Assembly: GCA_963801165.1 (NCBI GenBank)
Contig: CAWDDT010000004.1
Location: forward strand, 704,001-768,000
Length of the DNA: 64,000 bases
Reading direction: 5' to 3'
Origin: an uncultured bacterium
GTDB lineage: Bacteria; Actinomycetota; Acidimicrobiia; Spongiisociales; UBA5794
Part shown: positions 11,098-20,902 of the stretch, one piece after another
Numbering within the stretch: the stretch's first letter is position 1
Layout of the letters: every line of letters starts with the position of its first letter
Program-made: the position numbers and the translations under genes
The notes under the pieces: generated by a model
What the model was told of the DNA's origin: nothing
The model's database searches: none
What the model saw: only the letters and a program-made list of their open reading frames with translations

Positions 11098-12045
11098 ATG
11101 AGATTGCTCGTGACCGGTGGAGCCGGTTTCATCGGCTCGCACTTGACGAGAGCGCTTCTCGCAGAAGGGCACAGCGTTCGGATCGTGGACGATCTGTCCA
11201 CGGGCTCTGAACAGAACCTCGCCGCGATTCGCGACGACATCGAGTTCCTCGGCGCCGACCTGCGTGATGCGGAGGCGATGCTGACGGTTACGGCGGGGAT
11301 GGACGCTGTGTTCCACCTGGCTGCCATGGGAAGCGTTCCCCGGTCGATAAAGGATCCTCGAACGACCTTCGACATCAACGTCACGGGCACCCTCAATGTG
11401 CTCGAGGGGGTGCGGCGGAACGACGTAGGAACGATAATCTACGCGTCCTCGTCGAGCATCTACGGCGACTCTGAAGCCGAGTTCAAGGCCGAGGACCAGC
11501 CCTTCAACCCCATCTCGCCATATGGTGCGTCCAAGGCGTCGGCCGAGCTGAATGTGCTCGCCTTCGGCCGGGCGTTCGGGTTCAACGCTCTGGCACTTCG
11601 CTACTTCAACGTGTTCGGGCCCCGCCAGAACCCGGGGGGCGCCTACGCCGCGGTGATCCCGGTATTCATCACCCACGCCCTCAGCAGGGAGCCGTGGACG
11701 ATCAACGGCGACGGTCGGCACTCGCGGGACTTCACCTACGTCGCCAATGTGGTCGACGGAAACCTCAAGGCTCTGGCTCGGGCGCCGGAACTCGAACCGG
11801 TAGCGATGAACGTTGCCTGCGGGGGGTCGATCAGCCTACTCGAGCTGAGTGACGCCATAAGGGAGTTTGCCGGTGCCGGTGACGTGTCACCCGTCCACGG
11901 TCCGCAGCGTCCGGGCGACATCGTACGTTCCCGGGCGGCAATCGACCTTGCTCGAAGAAGCCTGGGTTACGACGTGATCGTCGACTGGAAGGAAGGCTTG
12001 CGGGAGACGGTCGAGTGGTACCGCAGCGGCGCCGGAGAGGCTTGA
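11098..12045 (+). CDS. NAD-dependent nucleotide-sugar 4-epimerase (WbpP-like)
   Basis: TGGAGFIGS, HLAAMGSVPRS, SPYGASK, RYFNVFGPRQ, YAAVIP, SRDFTYV. Confidence 0.85.
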   Translation: MRLLVTGGAGFIGSHLTRALLAEGHSVRIVDDLSTGSEQNLAAIRDDIEFLGADLRDAEAMLTVTAGMDAVFHLAAMGSVPRSIKDPRTTFDINVTGTLNVLEGVRRNDVGTIIYASSSSIYGDSEAEFKAEDQPFNPISPYGASKASAELNVLAFGRAFGFNALALRYFNVFGPRQNPGGAYAAVIPVFITHALSREPWTINGDGRHSRDFTYVANVVDGNLKALARAPELEPVAMNVACGGSISLLELSDAIREFAGAGDVSPVHGPQRPGDIVRSRAAIDLARRSLGYDVIVDWKEGLRETVEWYRSGAGEA

Positions 12046-12077
12046 GCCCTGGCACCGACGGCAGTTGACTCTGCGCC

Positions 12078-13058
12078 TCACGCGGTTCGGGTGCGAGCCC
12101 GGCGCGCCTCAGGAGAGAGCCGCTGTCTCCACGCCCTTCCTACCACGTAGATCGGCCTCGCCGTGCCTGCCAGGATCAGGTTCAGCACGGTTCCCGCCTT
12201 GTGATGCTCGGCGAAGCTGAGCCCGGCCTTGCGGTAGTAGAACTGGGCGAAGTCGTCCCGCCGAATGTCGAGACGCTTCCACCACGGCAGCAGGCGCTCC
12301 CGGGCCACGTGCTCATCGCGGGTGGGGAGGCGCTGACCCGCACGCCGCGCCGCTCGCCGTGCTTCCAGGAAGCGGTGGGTCATCCTGCCCTCGCGGAATC
12401 TGAGCATGACGTTGCTCGTCCCGTAGATTCTGTACAACACCAGCGGTTCGGTGATGGCGACAACCGGTCCCAGCTCGGACATCCGATCGCAGAATTCGAT
12501 ATCGGCGGCAGCGCGGAGGGTCGAGTCGAAACCGCCGACTGCCTCGAAGTGTCGCTTTTCGAACATTGCCGTGCCGCCAAACACCATTGTCGGCTCACCG
12601 CGACGGCTCAGATCCTCGAACTCGGCCACCGACGCCGGTCCCGTCTTGGACAGGCTCAGGATCTCGTCGCTTTCGTTGATATGCGATACGTATGAGCCGA
12701 CGACGACGATCTCGGGTTCGTCGTGGAGCAGTTTGAGCTGACGCTCGAGACGGTATAGGACCGACATGTCGTCAGAGTCCATTGCTGCGATCACTTGTGC
12801 CGACGCCATCGCCACCGCACGGTTGATTGTTGTTGCCGACCCGGAGTTCTCCTCATTGCGGAATACCTTGACTCGAGGGTCGCGGGTGGCGTATTCGTTG
12901 ATGATTTCCCAGGTGCCGTCGGTGGAGTGGTCGTCGCCGATAACAAGCTCCAGGTCGGCGAGCGTCTGGTTGAGGATGCTCTCGATCGCCCGTTCGATGT
13001 ACGCCTTGGAGTTGTATGCAGGCATGACCACACTGACGGCGGGCGGGGGGCTACTCAC
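12078..13058 (-). CDS. Glycosyltransferase family 2
   Basis: VSVVMPAYN, DDHSTDGT, MDSDD (DxD). GTG 13058 overlaps the flippase stop (GTGA). Confidence 0.85.
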   Translation of the reverse strand: MSSPPPAVSVVMPAYNSKAYIERAIESILNQTLADLELVIGDDHSTDGTWEIINEYATRDPRVKVFRNEENSGSATTINRAVAMASAQVIAAMDSDDMSVLYRLERQLKLLHDEPEIVVVGSYVSHINESDEILSLSKTGPASVAEFEDLSRRGEPTMVFGGTAMFEKRHFEAVGGFDSTLRAAADIEFCDRMSELGPVVAITEPLVLYRIYGTSNVMLRFREGRMTHRFLEARRAARRAGQRLPTRDEHVARERLLPWWKRLDIRRDDFAQFYYRKAGLSFAEHHKAGTVLNLILAGTARPIYVVGRAWRQRLSPEARRARTRTA

Positions 13059-14362
13059 GATGATCGCAATCTTGGGTCGGGGCGGGGTTCTGTAGTGTCG
13101 GGCTCGAGAACTGGGTCGGCACCATAGTGGCGGCGCAGCCACCAGCGCCCCCCGATGACCCGTATTGAGCCTTCGACGATGTAACCGAGCGGTCGAGCAA
13201 GCGCACCGGTGGACCCTGCTGTGAGGGCAGCGAGGGGGAGAGCAGGTGTCGCCAGGACGGAGATGATCGCAAGTGCCCGGGCATGACCGGCCCCGAGCAG
13301 CTCTCGCCCGTAGATCAGGAACACGGAGGCGAGCATGTTGGCGAGGACCGTGGCCAGTACGAGACCCGTGACTGCGTAGGCGGCGGGAACGAGCCACTCC
13401 ATCGGGTTGAGCTTCCACTCGAAACCGACGATGGCGGCGTACGCACCTGTTGCTATCACCATGAGTCCGATGAACGATCGCCGGTTTCTGGCACCGCTCA
13501 TCGAATCGCGCCGGGAACCAGCTCGGACGGCACGTGGGCCGAGCACCGCCATCAGCCCCACCGAGAGGACCGTCACCGGTTGAGCCACCTGGCGCGCCGC
13601 CTCGGCGTAGCCGTAGGCAGCCGCGCCGGCGAGATGCAGAACGGTGTTGGCAGCCACGAATGCAAACGTTGCGGGGGTAGCCGCGCGGATGACGAGCCAC
13701 TTTCCGGAGACGACGAGATGGCGCAGCGACAGCTCCGGGTATGTCGTTCCGGAGGGACGATGACCACCGGCGAGCACGAACCCGACGGCAATCGAGACGA
13801 TGTTGGCAAAGGCAAGCGACCCGAACGGGATCCAGGCACGCCCAACGTCGGCTGCGAGCATGACCGCGATTCCGGCGGCGACGGCGACTAGCTGCACACT
13901 CGAGACGGCGACGGCGTACTCCGATCTGTCGGCGATGTGCAGAAGCTGGCGCACGTGGTCCTGCATGGGAGAGACAACGATGGTCACGACCGTCGTCGCT
14001 GTCAGCGCGGTTATCACCGAGCTTGCGGCGACGCCTCCAGTCCAGGCGGCGGCGCCGAAAGCGGCGAGGATCCCCACTGCGCCGGGGATGGTCGCCAGTG
14101 CCAGGCTGCGCCGGAGCGTGCCGAGACGCTCGGGCAGGGGGAGGTTCACAGCAACCACCTGAGCGGGAACGAGGATCAACTCGGTCACGATCACCGATCC
14201 GAGGAAGAAGGCGGTGAAGAAGACCCCGTAGACACCGCGGTTTGTGTCGCTCAGAAGCCTGACCCCGGTGAGCCCGGCGCCGAACGTCGCAACCGAGGCG
14301 ATGCCGGCGTCTATCACGCTGGCCGCAAGTTGCCTCTTCGGTGGGCTCCCGGTCTCGGACAT
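13055..14362 (-). CDS. Polysaccharide flippase (Wzx-like) membrane protein
   Basis: About 12 hydrophobic segments; located among glycosyltransferases. Confidence 0.65.
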   Translation of the reverse strand: MSETGSPPKRQLAASVIDAGIASVATFGAGLTGVRLLSDTNRGVYGVFFTAFFLGSVIVTELILVPAQVVAVNLPLPERLGTLRRSLALATIPGAVGILAAFGAAAWTGGVAASSVITALTATTVVTIVVSPMQDHVRQLLHIADRSEYAVAVSSVQLVAVAAGIAVMLAADVGRAWIPFGSLAFANIVSIAVGFVLAGGHRPSGTTYPELSLRHLVVSGKWLVIRAATPATFAFVAANTVLHLAGAAAYGYAEAARQVAQPVTVLSVGLMAVLGPRAVRAGSRRDSMSGARNRRSFIGLMVIATGAYAAIVGFEWKLNPMEWLVPAAYAVTGLVLATVLANMLASVFLIYGRELLGAGHARALAIISVLATPALPLAALTAGSTGALARPLGYIVEGSIRVIGGRWWLRRHYGADPVLEPDTTEPRPDPRLRSS

Positions 14363-14376
14363 GTGTGACCAGTCTC

Positions 14377-16029
14377 CTAGTAGCGCCGGGCTACGACGTC
14401 GGCCAAACGGAGTGCCCAGGCGACACCGGTCAGGAAGGGATTGGCGTAGCCGCCGACGGGAAACACGGCCGAGTCGGCAATGTACAGATCACGGACGGTG
14501 TGGGCCTGACCATCGATGTCGACGACGCCCGTTTGCGGATCGGCCGACATGCGGGCGGTTCCCATGTGGTGGTGCCCGCCGCGCAAGCTCGATCCCCAAT
14601 CGTTTGACTCGTCGCGGAACGCGGGCTCCGGAACGAGCTTTCCCAGACCCGACCGATCGAGCTGGGCACCGATGATCTCGTGGGCGCGCACGATGGACTC
14701 CTTGTCCGTCCGGGTGAGCCGCCAGTCGAGCTTGATGCGGGGCACCCCGAGCGCATCCCGGTGGGCCGGGTCGATGGTCATCCTGCTCTCAGGGTTCGGA
14801 GCCTGCTCGCTCTGGGTGTACAGGGCGAGCTGGGTGGGTTTGCGCAACGCTTCCTGGTACATGACCTGGATGATCTCAGGTGTTCCCTTGAGGAGCCGCA
14901 TGAGCAGGTTCCCGGAACCCTCGGGCAGTGTCTTGTCACGTACCTGGCGCAGCATCCGCCTTGGCGAGCGCAGATTGTCGACGGCGATCTTGAACGCCTG
15001 GTACGCGTCGGAGTCCTCGCGGCTCACCCCGCTCACCGTCCGCAGATGTGTCGAGAAGTTGAGCAGGTGATCGCTCTCCTGACGCTTCCGGCTGATTACG
15101 TATGCGGCCTTCATCGAACCGGATGGCCGTTGCATGGCGAGCCGGGCGCGAATGCCGCCAAAGCCACGATCGATGGCGGCGAGATATGGGCGAGTTGTGG
15201 GTCCGCCGGGGTGGATGTCGATGCGGGCGGTCACCAGATGCGGATGCTCCATGAAGTATCTGCCGACGACATCGTTCTCATTGGCGAGTCCCGCCGGGTT
15301 GGTCTGGTTTGAGGCGAGCAGCAACCGTGCGGTCTCCAGGGCACCTGCCGCGAGCACAATGGCCCTTGCCTTGACGGTGAACTGGTTGCCGTCGATCGTG
15401 GCGACCTCCACGCCGGTGGCCCGAGCCCCGTCATTGCTTGTGAGGACCGATGTGGCTGTGGCGCCGACGATCGTCCGCACGCGGGGCGACGACTCCAGTT
15501 GCGAGCGGTACGCCGTGCCGAATTTGGTTGGCGGGCTTCCTTGCCACAATGCGATCTCGACATCACCACCGACGAACGGCTTCAGGTAGAGCGGCGGGAG
15601 GGCAATGTCCGGCGTCGGTGTCCATTGCTCGCTCTCGAGCTGGCAGAGACGGGCGGCGTCCTCGAAGTAGGGCTTCATGGTCTCGTGGGAGATCGGCCAG
15701 CCGCTGTGGGGGATCCACGGTCTCCCGTCGAAGTCGATCTCGTCGAGGGGACGGCACCATCCGGCCCACTTGTGGCTCGATCCCCCGAGAGCGCGGCGGC
15801 GGGTTGTGGTCAGGTCGTAATAATCGAGGCCGACGATCTTGCCGGCATTGAGATCCTGGTCCCGTTCTTGTGTGTCGACACCGCCGCTCTCGAGCAGGAC
15901 TATGTCGAGGTGGGATCGCTCGATGAGGTGGAGCGCGACCGAAATCCCCGCCGGACCTCCGCCGACGATGCACACGTCAGCCTCGAGCTCCGTCCCCCGG
16001 GGGAAATCAGATGCCTGCTCCAGGGCCAT
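14377..16029 (-). CDS. GMC family FAD-dependent oxidoreductase
   Basis: IVGGGPAG, RALGGSS, VGRYFMEHP, HHMGTARM, ANPFLT. AGGAG RBS before ATG 16029. Confidence 0.85.
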   Translation of the reverse strand: MALEQASDFPRGTELEADVCIVGGGPAGISVALHLIERSHLDIVLLESGGVDTQERDQDLNAGKIVGLDYYDLTTTRRRALGGSSHKWAGWCRPLDEIDFDGRPWIPHSGWPISHETMKPYFEDAARLCQLESEQWTPTPDIALPPLYLKPFVGGDVEIALWQGSPPTKFGTAYRSQLESSPRVRTIVGATATSVLTSNDGARATGVEVATIDGNQFTVKARAIVLAAGALETARLLLASNQTNPAGLANENDVVGRYFMEHPHLVTARIDIHPGGPTTRPYLAAIDRGFGGIRARLAMQRPSGSMKAAYVISRKRQESDHLLNFSTHLRTVSGVSREDSDAYQAFKIAVDNLRSPRRMLRQVRDKTLPEGSGNLLMRLLKGTPEIIQVMYQEALRKPTQLALYTQSEQAPNPESRMTIDPAHRDALGVPRIKLDWRLTRTDKESIVRAHEIIGAQLDRSGLGKLVPEPAFRDESNDWGSSLRGGHHHMGTARMSADPQTGVVDIDGQAHTVRDLYIADSAVFPVGGYANPFLTGVAWALRLADVVARRY

Positions 16030-16094
16030 TTCTCTCCTCGTAGTCGCCACCATATAGTCCGCCACCATCCATCGGATGGCCGGGTTGGTCGGCT

Positions 16095-17291
16095 TCAGTT
16101 GTTCTGTGCAGCCCTGATCGCGGCCTGTAATTCGGTGACGGCGCCCGCTCTGTCGAGCAAGGGCCGATCTTCAACAGGTGCCTCGTCCATGTGCAGCTCG
16201 ATCGCTTCGGCCAGGCCCGCTGCCGTGGTGGCCACGTCTGAGGGTGCGACGAGGGCCACCCGGGCATGATTTGTCGTAGCTCTGGCGATTGACCCAGCGC
16301 CACCATGGTCGAGGACGATCACCCGGCGTGCCGCATACATCGCCTCGGCAAGTGCCAGGCCCCCCTCTTCGCGCAACCCTGTGAAGAGCACTGTTGTCGC
16401 TCCTCTCATGAGCCGTACCGCCTCTTCCCTGGGAACGAGACCGGTGAAGGTGACCCGATCGGCGATGCCGAGCCCATGGGCCGCACGCTCCAAGGCGCCA
16501 CGCTGGGGTCCGTCGCCGACCATTTTCAGCTGAATGTCGGAGCGGGCCCTGGCCATGGCCTCGAGCGCAAGCCGCGGTCCCTTGCGAGACTGCATCGGGG
16601 AAACCCACAAGACGTACCGGCCGTCGGCCTCGGGGGCGAATTCGGGGATGATGCTGAACAGGGCGTGGTTGAGTATTCTCGACCTTCCCCTGGCGGCGGC
16701 CGGCAGCATTTCCCGCGTTGCCTCGTTTTGGAAGATCCGCTCCGTGGCGGCGAGCGCAGTCCGCTTGGACGAGGGCAGAGCGGCCATGAGACGTACTGAG
16801 GCATGATCGAGCAACTCCTGGATCGTGCCGGCGATACCGAGCAGCTTGCGCAACGGCTTCGGCGTGGTGACCGCACCGCCTACCGGGCCCCACACGCTGG
16901 GCAAACCGAGGTCAACGGCGGGTGATGGAAGCCAGAAGACCGAGAAGGTGGCATGCATCGCCACGTCGAAGTCCCGCCCGGCCAAGAGCTCCTGTGCCGT
17001 CCGGCGCGCCCTTCGCAACCAGGTCATGTAGTAGACGAACTCGGGTATCCGGTGCCACCGGGTCCAGGGCCCGACAACGCGGTCCGAGACTTCGACAAAC
17101 CGGGTGGCCGCGTCGGGATGCTTGCTCTCCCAATCCCGGATCTCGTCGATATAGCGGCTCCCGGTGATGACCGTGACGTTGGCGAACGTGCCGAGCGCTG
17201 TGATGAGCCCCCAACCGGCACCGGGCTCGGTACCCATGGTCGGCGAGCAGACGTACGCAATGACCAGTACCGACGGTCGATCGTCAGCCAT
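16095..17291 (-). CDS. Glycosyltransferase family 4
   Basis: YVCSPTMGTEPGAGW, VWGPVGG, REEGGLALAEAM (EX7E-like). Start overlaps the upstream stop. Confidence 0.85.
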   Translation of the reverse strand: MADDRPSVLVIAYVCSPTMGTEPGAGWGLITALGTFANVTVITGSRYIDEIRDWESKHPDAATRFVEVSDRVVGPWTRWHRIPEFVYYMTWLRRARRTAQELLAGRDFDVAMHATFSVFWLPSPAVDLGLPSVWGPVGGAVTTPKPLRKLLGIAGTIQELLDHASVRLMAALPSSKRTALAATERIFQNEATREMLPAAARGRSRILNHALFSIIPEFAPEADGRYVLWVSPMQSRKGPRLALEAMARARSDIQLKMVGDGPQRGALERAAHGLGIADRVTFTGLVPREEAVRLMRGATTVLFTGLREEGGLALAEAMYAARRVIVLDHGGAGSIARATTNHARVALVAPSDVATTAAGLAEAIELHMDEAPVEDRPLLDRAGAVTELQAAIRAAQNN

Positions 17292-18900
17292 TGCCGATCG
17301 TGCTCCCTCGTCCCTGACCGGTTGCCTGCCACCCCGACCAGTCGAGTTCCCGGTCATCCCAGGCGAACGCCTTGTGACCGGCCCCGACAAAGGTGTTGTT
17401 CTCGAAGACGATATTCCGGTCGGTGAAGACCGATGGATCGCCCATGTCCTGAACGACGCCGGTCTGGCCGTACCACATGGTGATGGTGTTGTCATAGACG
17501 TGCAGGTCTTCCAGCCGGTACAGCTCACCATTGTCCTGTCGATCCTGCTGGATCCCGGCGATACCGTCTGCGTTTTCGGTGACCACGTTGTCGTGGACGT
17601 CGACGCCACTCGACGCCGCGACCAGAATCCCGGCTCCCCAGAGCCAATCGCCCATGATGAACCCGTTGTCGTAGACCTCGTTGCCCGCGATCACAGCATC
17701 GAATGAGATCTCGTAGAAGATTCCGGGGCCGTCGTTGCCGTAGACGACATTGTTCTCAAAGGTGGTGTCATGGCAGTCGATGTCGGCCCACAGGCCGGGG
17801 CCCTTGTTGTCGTGTACCTCGAGGTCACGCAGGACCAGGCCGGTGGTAGTGGTGAACTTCGCTCCCGCGGCTTCCCAGCCCCATTCGAACCCCCGCAGGT
17901 TGTTGTGGTCGATCTCTGAGGACTCCACAGTGATCCCGGTGCCATTGCCGGTGATCCCTTCCTGCCCGTTGTGGTGCGAATGCACATTGCGAATCAAGGT
18001 GCCGTCGCCGGCCCTGATACCCGAAGCGTGGTTGAGACGGGTTTCGACGCTTTCGATGAGCCAGTTGGCTCCCCTGGCGCCCAGCCCGGGAAGCTGAGAT
18101 TGGATGGCCCCGCCCTGGGCGATTGTTGCGAACTTCTCGACGACGAGGTTTTCGATCGTGACGTCCGCAGCATCGCTGAGGAAGGCGTGTTCGGTGATGC
18201 TGACTTCGACCTTGCGGCCGGCAGGGTCGTCGCCCATCACGATCTGATGCCCGTCCGACCACCATGTACCGGATGCCACCTGCTCGCGGCTATCGACCCG
18301 CCACAGCATCTGGTCGTCTACGAACAGATCGTTGACCAGCGCACAGGCCTCGTAGCCTGCGACGCATTCCCCGTGTCCGCTGGTGCTCAGGTTGAGACCG
18401 GTCGCCACCCAGCCATCCTCGGCCTGCTGAAAGTCCTGCAGCAGCCGGGACCCGTTGAGGACGGCGCCCGGCATGCCGTCGAAGGTCATCCCGTCTTTCG
18501 GGGTGACCTGCTTGATCCGGTGTACGCCGGGAAGAAGCACGAACCGGGTTCCCGGCGCCGCGTTGGTGACGAGTGCAGCGAGATCGTCCTCCGGGGCAAC
18601 GGCGGTCGCGCCATCGGGAACGGTTCCGGATGTGGTCTCGACCGGTTCAGTGGTGGTCGTAGGTCCCAGCGTGGGCGGGGCGATGGTGGACGGAGGCACG
18701 GAGGTAGTTGGGATCGTTGTTGTCGTGGTTGTCGTGGTCGTCACCACGTCCGTGTTCGTGGTGGTCGTTGTGACCGCTCCTGTCGACGTTACCGAGGTTT
18801 CCGGTGGTGATGATCCGGCGTCACAGGCGGTCACGCTAAGGGCGGCGAGCATCACCAGTGCGGCGCTCAGCATCACAGGTCGGTTGTGTCGTGCCCACAT
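17284..18900 (-). CDS. Lipoprotein with Thr-rich linker and right-handed parallel beta-helix domain
   Basis: Lipobox-like LSVTAC, long Thr runs, repeated N-x-V-x-x-N beta-helix motifs, GPGLWAD, GIFYEIS. Confidence 0.8.
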   Translation of the reverse strand: MWARHNRPVMLSAALVMLAALSVTACDAGSSPPETSVTSTGAVTTTTTNTDVVTTTTTTTTTIPTTSVPPSTIAPPTLGPTTTTEPVETTSGTVPDGATAVAPEDDLAALVTNAAPGTRFVLLPGVHRIKQVTPKDGMTFDGMPGAVLNGSRLLQDFQQAEDGWVATGLNLSTSGHGECVAGYEACALVNDLFVDDQMLWRVDSREQVASGTWWSDGHQIVMGDDPAGRKVEVSITEHAFLSDAADVTIENLVVEKFATIAQGGAIQSQLPGLGARGANWLIESVETRLNHASGIRAGDGTLIRNVHSHHNGQEGITGNGTGITVESSEIDHNNLRGFEWGWEAAGAKFTTTTGLVLRDLEVHDNKGPGLWADIDCHDTTFENNVVYGNDGPGIFYEISFDAVIAGNEVYDNGFIMGDWLWGAGILVAASSGVDVHDNVVTENADGIAGIQQDRQDNGELYRLEDLHVYDNTITMWYGQTGVVQDMGDPSVFTDRNIVFENNTFVGAGHKAFAWDDRELDWSGWQATGQGRGSTIGNG

Positions 18901-19266
18901 TCGAGATCCCGCCGGCCGCTCGCACCACTCTCGCCTCGTTGCGAGGCCAGACTAAGAGGACGGCTCCGTTATGGCCGCCCGCGGCGCTACGGTAGCAGTG
19001 GCTCTGCCGGGTCGGTAGCACGGCTGACCCAATCTGGCCATAGGTCTGCGCTCAAAATGTGGCCGCTCAACCACACAGAGGAGTTGCCGTTTCCTGCCAT
19101 GGACACTGAGAGTGGTCAACTGACCCATTTTTGTGACTAGTTAGTCGACTATAAGTCGAAATGGTCCGTTACTACGGGGGTTTGTGGGCCTAACATGCCC
19201 ATTGGGCTAGATACAGGAAGCTTTCGAAGCAGTCGTTTTGCAAAGCGTGAATTGGGGGCATCGGGG

Positions 19267-19968
19267 ATGCTGCAGGGTAGGATCGACCAAACGGTCGAAA
19301 GATCAGTCGTTGAGAGCGGGCCAGAGGCTCAGCCTCGTCTTCGTGTAGTTCCGGATATTGCCAAGAAGGGCCTGTACCAGGCGCTCTTCAAGCCGGCGAT
19401 CGACAGGGTCGGTGGCGTGATACTTTCCATTGTCACCTTTCCGATGCTGGCGGTGATCGTCCCGATGATCTGGTTGAAGCTCGGCCGGCCGGCCATCTTC
19501 AAGCAGGACCGCGTCGGGGCTGATGGTGAGATGTTCACCCTGTACAAGCTCCGCACCATGCTGCCGGATCGGCGCACGGGTCTGGTCCCGTTCGACGGTG
19601 CCGATCGCCGGGTCAACCACAAATCCCCGGACGATCCCAGGCACGTGCCGCTCGGCCGATTCCTCCGCAAGTGGAGCCTCGATGAATTGCCGCAATTCTG
19701 GAATGTGGCGCTTGGTGACATGAGCCTCGTCGGGCCGCGGCCCGAGCTTCCTGAGATTGTCGCCAAGTACGAGGATTGGCAGCATCGCCGCCATCAGGTC
19801 AAGCCGGGTATCACCGGTCTCTGGCAGGTGTCCGAGCGCGGTGACGTCCCCATGCACGAGGCGACGGACATCGATATCGAGTATGTCGAGTCGCTCAGCC
19901 TCGCATACGATCTACGGATCCTCATGCTCACCATCCCTGCTGCCCTCGGGTCGCAAAAGGGTCACTGA
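19267..19968 (+). CDS. Initiating polyprenyl-phosphate sugar-1-phosphate transferase (bacterial sugar transferase family)
   Basis: YKLRTM, DDPR, FLRKWSLDELPQFWNV, MSLVGPRPE, KPGITGLWQV. Start uncertain (19195 or 19267). Confidence 0.9.
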   Translation: MLQGRIDQTVERSVVESGPEAQPRLRVVPDIAKKGLYQALFKPAIDRVGGVILSIVTFPMLAVIVPMIWLKLGRPAIFKQDRVGADGEMFTLYKLRTMLPDRRTGLVPFDGADRRVNHKSPDDPRHVPLGRFLRKWSLDELPQFWNVALGDMSLVGPRPELPEIVAKYEDWQHRRHQVKPGITGLWQVSERGDVPMHEATDIDIEYVESLSLAYDLRILMLTIPAALGSQKGH

Positions 19969-19973
19969 GGCCC

Positions 19974-20009
19974 CCGCAAACCCATCCGCAAACCCATCCG
20001 CACACCCAT
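19974..20009. repeat. 12-bp tandem repeat x3
   Basis: ccgcaaacccat ccgcaaacccat ccgcacacccat, just after the stop codon. Confidence 0.85.
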
Positions 20010-20096
20010 CGTTGGGCAAACATCGCCGGGTGCGCTCCTGATTCCGTTACGCTCCTGCCGGGCGCGCCGTCTGTCGCGCCGGCAACAGGAGGACAT

Positions 20097-20855
20097 GTGA
20101 CCTTTGCAGACAAAGCACCCGTGGTCGGCATCCCGATCTCCCTGACGTCATATGACGGAGTGATCGAGAGCTTGTCCAAGCGTCCCTCGGATCGTGCGAC
20201 TGTCGTCGCCGTGTGCAATGTTCATTCCGTGATGTCGGCGCGCCGGAATCCGGCACTACGCGAGGCGATCACCGCAGCCGAGATCGCCACCCCCGACGGC
20301 GTCCCGATTGTTTGGGGCCTACGGGCAACCGCCCGCAAGGAGCAGGCCAGGGTCTACGGCCCGGACCTGATGCGTAAGGCCTTCGTCGACGACGTGGGCT
20401 GGAAGCACTATTTGTACGGGAGCACGCCCGAGACGCTTGCGGAGCTACGCGCCAAGTTGAACGAGGTAGCACCGGCGGCCGAGATCGTAGGTGCGTTCTC
20501 GCCCCCATTCCGCGAGCTCACGGCGGATGAGACGGATGCGGCCATGGCGGACATCCGCGACAGCGGTGCCGACGTGGTATGGGTTGGGCTCGGGATGCCT
20601 AAGCAGGAGCTGTGGATGCACCGGATCCGGCCCGAGCTCCCGGGCGTTGCCCTGCTCGGGGTGGGGGCAGCGTTCGATTTCCTCGCCGGCACCAAGAAAC
20701 AGGCGCCGCCATGGATGCAGAGAGCGGGTCTGGAGTGGCTCTTCAGACTGGTCCAGGAGCCGCGCCGTCTCTGGCGACGCTACCTGTGGAACAATCCCGC
20801 CTACGCAGTCCTGCTGACACTCCAGGTCCTTCGCTACAAGCTGAAGCGCAACTGA
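20097..20855 (+). CDS. WecB/TagA/CpsF (WecG) family glycosyltransferase
   Basis: PDGVP, RVYGPDL, VWVGLGMPKQE, GVGAAFDF, GLEWLFRL, EPRRLWRRY. AGGAGG RBS. Confidence 0.92.
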   Translation: MTFADKAPVVGIPISLTSYDGVIESLSKRPSDRATVVAVCNVHSVMSARRNPALREAITAAEIATPDGVPIVWGLRATARKEQARVYGPDLMRKAFVDDVGWKHYLYGSTPETLAELRAKLNEVAPAAEIVGAFSPPFRELTADETDAAMADIRDSGADVVWVGLGMPKQELWMHRIRPELPGVALLGVGAAFDFLAGTKKQAPPWMQRAGLEWLFRLVQEPRRLWRRYLWNNPAYAVLLTLQVLRYKLKRN

Positions 20856-20890
20856 GGCTCAAGCGCAACTGAGGCTGAAGCGCAACTGAG
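20840..20890. repeat. 17-bp tandem repeat x3 containing the WecG stop codon
   Basis: gctgaagcgcaactgag / gctcaagcgcaactgag / gctgaagcgcaactgag. Confidence 0.9.
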
Positions 20891-20902
20891 TCAGTCCCCG
20901 CC

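Noticed and set aside
18901-19266. ncRNA or riboswitch in the divergent intergenic region
   Set aside because: Only short inverted repeats (gactagttagtc, cgactataagtcg), compatible with ordinary promoter or operator sequence.
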